From the IMG/VR virus record IMGVR_UViG_3300021961_000037, positions 32,001-96,000 of that record: a stretch of 64,000 bases of DNA. One strand, given 5' to 3'. Positions 50,123 through 58,093 of this stretch are shown in pieces. The position numbers were made by a program, and so were the translations under genes. The DNA comes from a virus. The notes under the pieces were generated by a model. That model was not told the origin of the DNA. It worked only from the letters and a program-made list of their open reading frames with translations, and ran no database searches. How positions within the stretch are numbered: position 1 is the stretch's first letter; each line of letters starts with the position of its first letter.

Positions 50123-50371
50123 ATGGCTGTAAGAATTCAGTTCAGGCGAGGCACTGCCTCTGAGTGGACCTCTGCCAACCCGACCCTTGCACAGGGCGAG
50201 TTTGCCCTAGAGACGGACACCGGCTACTACAAGGTCGGTGACGGTTCCACGGCATGGACTTCTCTCTCTTATGGGGGGACAACCGGTCAGCCAGGTACAA
50301 ACGGAACAAATGGTCTTGATGCGGTATACGATACTGATCAAGCAGTAATAAGTGCACGAGTTTTTAGTTAG
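50123..50371 (+). CDS. Short stalk with Mtd-type N-terminal domain
   Basis: RIQFRRGTASEWTSANPTLAQGEFALETDT..KVGDG; short GXY run; ends AVISARVFS. Confidence 0.75.
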   Translation: MAVRIQFRRGTASEWTSANPTLAQGEFALETDTGYYKVGDGSTAWTSLSYGGTTGQPGTNGTNGLDAVYDTDQAVISARVFS

Positions 50372-50379
50372 GGGAAAAT

Positions 50380-50739
50380 ATGGCTACATTTGCAAAAACT
50401 ATTCTGAGTGGTTCAACGGATGGAAAACTCATCAAGGTTGTTCAGACGGCAACTGCTGGAACCACAATCCATACTGGTCCGACTGACACCTCGCATTTCC
50501 ACGAAGTATGGCTGTACGCAGTCAATAGTGATACGACCGATCGCAAGTTGACGATTGAGTGGGGTGGCACTACGTCGCCCGACGATTTAATCGAGTACAC
50601 AGTCAAAGCAGAAAACGGTCTATATTTGATTGTTCCTGGATTTATTCTTAAAGGTAATGCCACACCTCTTGTTGTGCGAGCATTCTGCGCTTCGGCAAAC
50701 GTGGTGTCTGTGGGCGGATACGTTAACACGATTACCTGA
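50380..50739 (+). CDS. ~115-aa adaptor (cassette 4)
   Basis: Size, beta pattern (N.DT..R.LTI) and position. Confidence 0.65.
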   Translation: MATFAKTILSGSTDGKLIKVVQTATAGTTIHTGPTDTSHFHEVWLYAVNSDTTDRKLTIEWGGTTSPDDLIEYTVKAENGLYLIVPGFILKGNATPLVVRAFCASANVVSVGGYVNTIT

Positions 50740-50757
50740 TTGGGAGGGTGATTAGTT

Positions 50758-51696
50758 TTGCCAGGTCAATCACGGAACACGCAGGGCGGAAAATCGCTTG
50801 CAACGCAGTTGAGTCCTCGCAATATGCGGACTGGAACTGGTCAAGTGAACGCATTGTGGCAGGGTCAAGGTCCACCGTTTCTTGCTACTGGTGGTACTGG
50901 AACAACGCTGAACGGATTTAGGTATTTGGTATTCACAAGCAGCAGCACTCTTACCGTTACTGACGGTGGGACCGCAGAGGTTCTTGTTGTCGCTGGTGGC
51001 GGCGGTGGCGCATCAAACAACGGTGCTGGTGGTGGTGGAGGCGGTATCCGCACTAGTACTGGGCTTACTTATCAAAGTTTGGAATTCTCGTCCGGAACCT
51101 ATTCCGTGACGGTCGGGAGTGGCGGCACAGCACCTGGCGATGGAGTCGTAGGCAATGGAGGCAAGGGCGGTAATAGCAGCATTGTTCACAGCGGTGGCAC
51201 TCTTTCTGCAACTGGTGGCGGAGCAGGAGTTTACGTTGGCGATGGTGGTGATGGTGGTTCGGGTGGTGGCAGAAACCAATACAATGGTGGCAGTCGTGGC
51301 GGTTTAGGCAACCAAGGTGGCTACACGCCGTCAGAAGGAAATAATGGTTCTGCTGGCGGCTCACCGAATGGTATCGGTGGCGGAGGTGGTTTCAATGCTG
51401 CAACCAGTACCGGTCACGGAGCACAAGGTTTGACAGTAAATAACCTTGATTCCAACTTGTCAACGATTCTCGGTTATACGGTTATTTCGTCTGGTGGTGG
51501 TGGTTCTGGTAACTGCAACGCTGGTGGAACAAACGGCGCTGGTGGAACAGGTGCAGGAGGAGGCGGATACGGCAATAATGCTGGTGCTGGTGTTTCCTAT
51601 GGTTCTGGCGGAGGTGGAGGAAATAACTGTTTCGGCTCCGTCTATCACGGCGGTGTTGGAAAATCAGGTGTCGTTGTGGTGAGGTTCCCAGCGTGA
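50758..51696 (+). CDS. Gly-rich adhesin-like protein
   Basis: EVLVVAGGGG...GKSGVVVVRF. Confidence 0.8.
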   Translation: MPGQSRNTQGGKSLATQLSPRNMRTGTGQVNALWQGQGPPFLATGGTGTTLNGFRYLVFTSSSTLTVTDGGTAEVLVVAGGGGGASNNGAGGGGGGIRTSTGLTYQSLEFSSGTYSVTVGSGGTAPGDGVVGNGGKGGNSSIVHSGGTLSATGGGAGVYVGDGGDGGSGGGRNQYNGGSRGGLGNQGGYTPSEGNNGSAGGSPNGIGGGGGFNAATSTGHGAQGLTVNNLDSNLSTILGYTVISSGGGGSGNCNAGGTNGAGGTGAGGGGYGNNAGAGVSYGSGGGGGNNCFGSVYHGGVGKSGVVVVRFPA

Positions 51697-51989
51697 GCAA
51701 AATGTATGCCGAACTAGAAGGCTCTGTTGTTGTCAACATCATCGTTGCCGATGAATCATTTGTGAATAGTCAAGAAAATCCAGAACGATTTGTTGAATAC
51801 ACGGAGCAAAATCCAGCATTCATAGACGGAGATTATGTTGGAGGCTACTTCTATGCGCCACAGCCGTATCCGTCGTGGAGCAGGAACGGCGCTGGGTTGT
51901 GGGTTGCTCCAGTTGAACGTCCTCAGTATGCCGATTACTGGGATGAGGAAAATCAGCAGTGGGTTTTGTTAACTGAACTTCCCGACTAA
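51693..51989 (+). CDS. Small partner of Gly-rich protein (homolog of 41295)
   Basis: APQPYPSW, WVAPVERP, WDEENQQW. Confidence 0.75.
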   Translation: MSKMYAELEGSVVVNIIVADESFVNSQENPERFVEYTEQNPAFIDGDYVGGYFYAPQPYPSWSRNGAGLWVAPVERPQYADYWDEENQQWVLLTELPD

Positions 51990-51998
51990 CATGTATTT

Positions 51999-52532
51999 GT
52001 GCTTCAATTATTCGAAGACCTATTAGACCCGGATTATGCAAAAACTATTGAAAAAACAATGCTGTCAAACGCATTCCCATACTATTTCTTCGCCGACATT
52101 GATTATGGGAAAGGCAATGATGTTTATAACTTTGGATTTTCCCACACATTCGTTGACCAGTTTGCCGAATCACGAAGTGATTTTTTAGAACTTGTTTTGC
52201 CTGTTGCTTTTGCAATCGGTGATGCACTTGATCTGAAACTTACGCAACTTATACGAATTCGTGGGGTTATGTTGACACCAATTGGCATCGGATACAACCA
52301 TGTCCGACATACGGACTTGGCCAGTGACCCAGACTCATTGACTGCCGTGTACTATGTGAACGATTCGGATGGGGCGACCACCATATACAACGGAGAAGAT
52401 GTAGTGAGTGTCAATCCAAAGCAAAACAGTGCTGTCGTATTTGATACACATATGGAACATCATGGTGCAAAACCCGTAAAAACAGCATCACGGGTGGTTT
52501 TGAATATAAACTTCAGAGGTGAACCACAATGA
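51999..52532 (+). CDS. 2OG-Fe(II) oxygenase
   Basis: HTD, YYVNDSDG, distal H, RVVLNIN. Confidence 0.85.
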   Translation: MLQLFEDLLDPDYAKTIEKTMLSNAFPYYFFADIDYGKGNDVYNFGFSHTFVDQFAESRSDFLELVLPVAFAIGDALDLKLTQLIRIRGVMLTPIGIGYNHVRHTDLASDPDSLTAVYYVNDSDGATTIYNGEDVVSVNPKQNSAVVFDTHMEHHGAKPVKTASRVVLNINFRGEPQ

Positions 52533-53143
52533 CTTCCAAACCCATTATTGAGCAGTGGTTCCCTAAACCTTTATATATTGTGAATGACTTCATGGTCGAT
52601 GAGTTGGTGATGTATAAAAAATGGTTATACGAACTGTTTTCTTTAAATGATGACATGAAGAGGACGGAAGAATTAAATGTAAATAGCACGCATAACATGA
52701 CAACTCTTCATACGCAGGATATTTTCAGGAACTTGTCAAACGAGATAACGAAGAATGCAACTCAATTCGTGAGAATGCTCGGGTATTCTGGCGACCTTTT
52801 CATTAACAACATGTGGGCTAATCATGTTGTCAAGGGTGAATACTTATTCCCCCACAACCATCCGAACAGCATGTTGAGCGGCGCCTACTATGTTGAGTCT
52901 GACCACCCCGAAGATGTAATCAAATTTTACGATAATCCCATGAACATGCTTCCTGCGCCAGACGAGTACACATCACTTAGTTACGATTATTGTGCATACA
53001 GATGCCAGCCTGGAAGACTGATTCTCTTTAAGAGCGATTTCATTCATGGCTGCCCTGCCCTAAAAGGGGAAAGCAAAATTGTGATGTCTTTCAATATTGG
53101 GTTTGTCGGTTCTTTTGATTTTGAGGTCACCAAACCCGCATAA
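52529..53143 (+). CDS. 2OG-Fe(II) oxygenase (TIGR02466-like)
   Basis: WAN, HNHPNSMLSGAYY, HG, MSFN. Confidence 0.85.
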   Translation: MTSKPIIEQWFPKPLYIVNDFMVDELVMYKKWLYELFSLNDDMKRTEELNVNSTHNMTTLHTQDIFRNLSNEITKNATQFVRMLGYSGDLFINNMWANHVVKGEYLFPHNHPNSMLSGAYYVESDHPEDVIKFYDNPMNMLPAPDEYTSLSYDYCAYRCQPGRLILFKSDFIHGCPALKGESKIVMSFNIGFVGSFDFEVTKPA

Positions 53144-53251
53144 AACTCAATGAGTATTTGCCCCAAATCACCTTAACTGCTAGTTTATTTCAAATCAAAT
53201 ACATCTAAATGGTGTAAAATTAGGTAACTTCTGATTTGTTTGGAGACCCAG

Positions 53252-53428
53252 TTGAGTATCGCATTTCCGAGCGCCCCTTCCAACGACCAAGAATTCATTG
53301 CCGCGGGGAAAGCATGGACATGGAACGGCTCACGGTGGCTCAGGTCTGAATACTCCATAATTGATGGTGGCAATTCGGGAAGTGAACAGAATACCGCAAA
53401 ATATATTTACGACGGTGGGACGGCATAA
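53252..53428 (+). CDS. FPxxP + (I/Y)DGG linker protein (cassette 5)
   Basis: IAFPSAP...WTWNGSRW...IDGG...YDGG; TTG start after GGAG. Confidence 0.7.
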   Translation: MSIAFPSAPSNDQEFIAAGKAWTWNGSRWLRSEYSIIDGGNSGSEQNTAKYIYDGGTA

Positions 53429-53431
53429 CTT

Positions 53432-55588
53432 ATGACAGTTCGCAGAATACGACTAAGACGAGATACTGCTTCGGCGTGGACCTCTGCTAACCCAACCCTT
53501 GCGCTTGGTGAAATTGCATGGGAGTCGGACACATCCAAGATAAAAATAGGTGACGGTACTACTGCATGGACTTCCCTTGCCTATTACAATGCCTCACTCA
53601 ACAGCATTGGCGATGTTACGATTACTGACGTAGCCAACGGCGACTTTTTGCGTTGGAACGGTTCGGCATGGATTAATGACGCCGTAAACCTGTCAACGGA
53701 CACGGTCGGCGATTTTGTCCAATCCCTTGTGGCGGGTACTGGTGTTACCGTTTCCAATAACAGTGGAGAAGCAGCCACACCAACAATTCAAATTGGGCAA
53801 GCCGTCGGCACGACAGACAATGTAACTTTCAATACCGTCACCGCCGATCTCACCGGTGATGTAACCGGAAATGCAGACACCGCAACAACTCTAGAGACGG
53901 CAAGAACAATCTCGCTCGGCGGGGACCTGAGCGGCTCAGCATCGTTTGACGGTTCAGCAGACATAACGATTACCGCCACGATAAGTGCCGACTCAACAGT
54001 CCTTGGCACTGATACAACTGGAGATTACGTTGAGTCACTTGTCGCAGGTACTGGCGTAACTCTCACAAACAACACAGGCGAGGGGGCAACCCCTACGGTT
54101 GCAATCGGCCAAGCAGTCGAAACCACAAGCGATGTCACATTCAATACCGTCACCGCCGACTTGACGGGCAACGCCGACACTGCGACGACCCTTGAGACTG
54201 CTCGCACCATCTCGCTTGGTGGAGATTTGTCGGGCTCAGCATCATTTGATGGCTCGTCCGACGTCACAATAACTGCAACCATCGGTGCTGACTCTGTTGC
54301 CCTGGGTACCGACACGACTGGAAACTATGTTTCCGATGTAACTGGCGGAACAGGCGTAACGGTAACACATACTCCGGGTGAAGGTTCGAGCCCGTCAGTT
54401 GCCATTGGTCAGGCTGTTGGAACTGCAGATGATGTCACATTCAATACGGTGACTGCAGATTTGACTGGCGATGTCACAGGCAATGCTGACACAGCAACCA
54501 CACTTGAAACCGCCAGAACAATTTCTCTCGGTGGTGACCTTTCGGGGTCTGCCTCGTTTAACGGTTCTGCAGATGTCACAATCACGGCGACGATTGGCGC
54601 TGACTCGGTTGCACTTGGCACTGACACAACTGGCGACTACGTTGGTTCGCTCGTTGCTGGCACGGGTGTCACCTTGTCCAACAACTCTGGTGAGGGAGCC
54701 ACACCAACGGTCGCCATCGGTCAGTCGGTAGGAACATCCGATAGCCCAACCTTTGCTGGAGCGACATTGGATGCAGTACAAGTTGGAATCACGGCAGCGG
54801 GAGAGATTGACACCGCCTCGGGCAACTTGACCATTGACTCTGCTGGTGGCACGGTAACCGTTGACGACAATTTGGTTGTAACAGGAGATTTGACGGTTTC
54901 GGGAACGACCACAACGGTCAACACCGAAACTATCAACCTTGCCGACAATATCATCACCCTAAACAGCAATGAAACTGGTACTCCGAGTCAGAATGCCGGT
55001 CTTGAAGTAGAGCGTGGAACATCGGCAAATGTTGAGTTGCGCTGGAACGAGACAAGCGATAAATGGGAATTGACAGAAGATGGAAGCACCTATTACGACA
55101 TTGCGACAGAATCCTATGTTGATGCGCAGTCCATTGCTTCACTTGATGATGTCGGCGATGTCACGATTACCTCTGCGGCTTCGGGCGAGTTCCTCAAGTG
55201 GAACGGCTCGGCGTGGGTAAATGATTCAATTCCAACAATCAACACGCTTGATGATGTCGGCGACGTCACGATTACCTCGGCGGCTTCGGGTGAGTTCCTT
55301 AAGTGGAACGGTAGTGCATGGGTAAACGATTCAATTCCGACAATCAACACGCTTGATGACGTCGGCGACGTAACGATTACATCGGCAGCGTCTGGCGACT
55401 TTCTCAAGTGGAATGGTTCTGCGTGGGTCAATGACCCAATTAACCTCGGCACGGACACCACTGGCAACTATATGGTCAATGTTTCTGCCGGAGACGGAAT
55501 AAATGTTTCACACACACAGGGTGAGGGTTCAACAGCAACAATATCCGCAAGGGATACTTTGGTAAGGTTCTACATGGAGGTCATCTGA
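53432..55588 (+). CDS. Long stalk fibre: Mtd-type N-domain + same repeats as giant fibre
   Basis: RIRLRRDTASAWTSANPTLALGE; five TDT(T/V)G repeats; ends TLVRFYMEVI. Confidence 0.85.
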   Translation: MTVRRIRLRRDTASAWTSANPTLALGEIAWESDTSKIKIGDGTTAWTSLAYYNASLNSIGDVTITDVANGDFLRWNGSAWINDAVNLSTDTVGDFVQSLVAGTGVTVSNNSGEAATPTIQIGQAVGTTDNVTFNTVTADLTGDVTGNADTATTLETARTISLGGDLSGSASFDGSADITITATISADSTVLGTDTTGDYVESLVAGTGVTLTNNTGEGATPTVAIGQAVETTSDVTFNTVTADLTGNADTATTLETARTISLGGDLSGSASFDGSSDVTITATIGADSVALGTDTTGNYVSDVTGGTGVTVTHTPGEGSSPSVAIGQAVGTADDVTFNTVTADLTGDVTGNADTATTLETARTISLGGDLSGSASFNGSADVTITATIGADSVALGTDTTGDYVGSLVAGTGVTLSNNSGEGATPTVAIGQSVGTSDSPTFAGATLDAVQVGITAAGEIDTASGNLTIDSAGGTVTVDDNLVVTGDLTVSGTTTTVNTETINLADNIITLNSNETGTPSQNAGLEVERGTSANVELRWNETSDKWELTEDGSTYYDIATESYVDAQSIASLDDVGDVTITSAASGEFLKWNGSAWVNDSIPTINTLDDVGDVTITSAASGEFLKWNGSAWVNDSIPTINTLDDVGDVTITSAASGDFLKWNGSAWVNDPINLGTDTTGNYMVNVSAGDGINVSHTQGEGSTATISARDTLVRFYMEVI
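55142..55435 (+). repeat. Coding tandem repeat, ~3 x 105 bp (LDDVGDVTITSAASG.FLKWNGSAWVND..)
   Basis: Copies at 55142, 55247 and 55352 with high DNA identity. Confidence 0.85.
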
Positions 55589-55589
55589 T

Positions 55590-55952
55590 ATGTCATTGAC
55601 ACAAAAACGACTGGTTGGTCCAACCCAACTCACGACGACGACAAGCACGGTCCTATACACCGTGCCGCAAAGCACGACGACCATCGTGAAGCAGATTATC
55701 CTCTGCAACACGACTGGTTCTGCAGTAACCGTGACGCTGGTTTGCAAGCCGTTGAACGTCGCTCAGGCTTCTTCGCAGAACTTCTTCAACACCCTGTCGG
55801 TTGGGGCAAACGAAACATTGACCTTCCAAACCAACTTGGTTCTGACAAACAACGGAAGCACAGCAAACGCAACGAACAGTGACCAAATCATTGGTTCCGC
55901 AAGTGCAAACACCGCCATCAACATCATCATGAACGGAGTCGAAGAAGCGTAA
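55590..55952 (+). CDS. ~115-aa adaptor (cassette 5)
   Basis: RLVGPTQL, IVKQIILCN, GAN shared with 41959/45970. Confidence 0.75.
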   Translation: MSLTQKRLVGPTQLTTTTSTVLYTVPQSTTTIVKQIILCNTTGSAVTVTLVCKPLNVAQASSQNFFNTLSVGANETLTFQTNLVLTNNGSTANATNSDQIIGSASANTAINIIMNGVEEA

Positions 55953-56689
55953 TGGTCGCTAGTTTTGTTCGCCTGAACAACTCGTCACTTTCGACAGCAG
56001 AGTCAACATCAAGCATTTCTGGCTCGCTGGTGAATTTGGCAAGTTATCTGAACCTTCCAGACCCTGTCTATGGGACTGGAGCGGATGGCGACGCAACCAT
56101 TTCGGCTGACACCACGCTGACAAGCGACAAGTTCTACAAGAACCTCACGATTAACGCCAACATAAAACTAAACCCAGGCGGGTACAGAATATTCGTACAG
56201 AATGTTTTGACCCTAAACAGCGGTTCGGAGATTGGCTACACCACTGGATTTTCCACGGCTGGGACTCTCGCTCAAGGCGGAGCAACAAATACGGCAGTTA
56301 CGCACAGCCTTGGTGGTTCTAGTGGCGCACAGACGGCGACTGCGCCAACGGCCGCCCTTGGTGGTTCTGCGTACTACCAGCAGCCCCTACAAGCGATTCG
56401 TGGCTGGGCGGTAACAGCAGCCTCAACTACTCCGACGTTCTTGCGTGGTGGTGCTGGCGGCTCGTCTGGCGCTGGTGGCGGAGTTGTTCTTATTTCGGCT
56501 CGCTATATCACCGTTTCTTCGGGTACTGCGTATTTCAAGGCGCCTGGAACTGCTGGTTCCGGTGGCGGTGGTGGCGGGGTCATTCTTGTTGTTTCCTCTG
56601 CGTCGGTACTTAATGCAAGTGTTTCCACTGATGTAACTGGAGGAACTGGCGCATCGGCTGGCACGGTGAACTACATGCAGGTGGCGTGA
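55952..56689 (+). CDS. Gly-rich tip protein, second type
   Basis: YGTGADGDATIS..TTL..DKFY.NLT...IFV; paralog of the next gene. Confidence 0.7.
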   Translation: MVASFVRLNNSSLSTAESTSSISGSLVNLASYLNLPDPVYGTGADGDATISADTTLTSDKFYKNLTINANIKLNPGGYRIFVQNVLTLNSGSEIGYTTGFSTAGTLAQGGATNTAVTHSLGGSSGAQTATAPTAALGGSAYYQQPLQAIRGWAVTAASTTPTFLRGGAGGSSGAGGGVVLISARYITVSSGTAYFKAPGTAGSGGGGGGVILVVSSASVLNASVSTDVTGGTGASAGTVNYMQVA

Positions 56690-56690
56690 C

Positions 56691-57767
56691 ATGGCATTTG
56701 AGAGGCTTGGAGCAGACAGGAATCCCGTACAGAAGACGGGAACCGACAAATTGTTCGGTGCTGGCAGCGACGGAACAGTAACCATCTCCACGAACACGTC
56801 GCTTTCACGCGACATGTATTACGCCAACCTCACTGTGAACTCTGGAATCACGCTTTTTACCAACGGATTCAAGATTTTTGTTAGCGGGAACTTGGTAAAC
56901 GACGGCACAATAGGAATGCCTACTGGAACAGCACAGACGACTTCGGTCATGGCAGGAACGACCATGACGAGAATTGACGGTAATGCTGGGTATGTTTCGG
57001 GCGATGCCTTGTCGGGAACAATGACGATTGCCGAGGTCCGTGACATTGAAGCGCTTGTCACGGGCGTAATGCAAAAAGGTGCCACGCGAAGGGTGTGGTG
57101 GTCTGGTGCTACTGGAACTGCTGGCACTAGCGGAACCGCAAACCCCGGTGGTGGCGGAAATGCAACTGCTGGTACTGCGGGAACTGGTGGTTCGGCAGGT
57201 CAGGGCGGTGGCTCCGTTGTCGTTCTCGCCAAGTCAATTAGTGGGTCTGGAACATTTGTGAGCGAAGGAACTGCTGGAACTTCGGGAAATCCAGGAACCG
57301 CTGGAAGCAACGCACCGGGAAACCCAGGGCATAACCCCGGCGGGCATGCTGGCGCACATAATCCTGGCGGTCATGCACAAGGACATAACCCCGGCGGAAC
57401 TGGCCATAACCCACCCGGTCACTTCCATCACCCCGGTCACCATCAGGCGCCGAATTGCGGAGTCCATGAAGTTTGGGGCTGCTCGCATCATCACCCCGGT
57501 CACCACAACCCCGCGCACCAACACACAAACCCTGGAAACTCCTTCTCACATCCAGGAAACCCATTCCACTACTCACATCCAGGAAACCCATTCCATTACA
57601 GTCACCCCGGCAACCCGTTCCACAACCCATCTTATTCTGGTGGCACTGCCAACCCAGGAAATGCAGGAAACCCAGGAAATGCTGGAAGTCTCGTTGTTTT
57701 GACCCGAGGAATCACTACCCATGTCGCAACCTCCAACTTGACATACGTGGAGGACCTAGATGACTAA
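56691..57767 (+). CDS. Gly-rich tip protein with His/Pro/Asn/Gly hairpin insert
   Basis: FGAGSDGTVTIS..L.RDMYY.NLT; 25 His within 57321-57629. Confidence 0.8.
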   Translation: MAFERLGADRNPVQKTGTDKLFGAGSDGTVTISTNTSLSRDMYYANLTVNSGITLFTNGFKIFVSGNLVNDGTIGMPTGTAQTTSVMAGTTMTRIDGNAGYVSGDALSGTMTIAEVRDIEALVTGVMQKGATRRVWWSGATGTAGTSGTANPGGGGNATAGTAGTGGSAGQGGGSVVVLAKSISGSGTFVSEGTAGTSGNPGTAGSNAPGNPGHNPGGHAGAHNPGGHAQGHNPGGTGHNPPGHFHHPGHHQAPNCGVHEVWGCSHHHPGHHNPAHQHTNPGNSFSHPGNPFHYSHPGNPFHYSHPGNPFHNPSYSGGTANPGNAGNPGNAGSLVVLTRGITTHVATSNLTYVEDLDD

Positions 57768-58068
57768 TATCGACTATAATGGTAATGTCAACAGTGCAGT
57801 AACAAACGCAAGTTATTGGAGGATACCTAGGATGCCATACGATTTTTCAAGCCTTTCAGCAGATGACGTTGCACAGGCAAAAGCCCGTGTAAAAAAGGAA
57901 CTTGAGCGACAGATGTACGAGGCAACCCTCAAACTGGAACTCAACCCCGCGACATATGACTACGATGCCCACACCATTCCGGAAGACGAGTTTGCGCCGG
58001 GATATGCGTACAAACTGCAGATTTCTGCATGTTTGAGCCAAATTGCCTTCATTAATGGCATGGAGTAA
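57760..58068 (+). CDS. Small partner protein
   Basis: Overlaps the end of the His-rich gene. Confidence 0.6.
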   Translation: MTNIDYNGNVNSAVTNASYWRIPRMPYDFSSLSADDVAQAKARVKKELERQMYEATLKLELNPATYDYDAHTIPEDEFAPGYAYKLQISACLSQIAFINGME

Positions 58069-58078
58069 ACCTCTGGTT

Positions 58079-58087
58079 TGCTAGTCT
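58079..58087 (+). promoter_or_regulatory. Extended -10 TGC-TAGTCT, probable leaderless promoter of the enzyme operon
   Basis: TGn-TAnnnT ending 6 nt before ATG 58094; no SD. Confidence 0.4.
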
Positions 58088-58093
58088 TTTTGC

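Noticed and set aside
40371-51696. Gly-rich proteins as PE_PGRS or collagen
   Set aside because: No PE domain and no sustained GXY period; the flanking beta-strands match phage Gly-rich tip domains.
50123-55588. Diversity-generating retroelement suggested by Mtd-type N-terminal domains
   Set aside because: Only the N-terminal anchor is present. I saw no reverse transcriptase, no C-type lectin variable region and no adenine-specific TR/VR pair in the window.
57546-57625. 27-bp direct repeats as a CRISPR array
   Set aside because: Tandem, in-frame coding repeats (SHPGNPFHY) without spacers.
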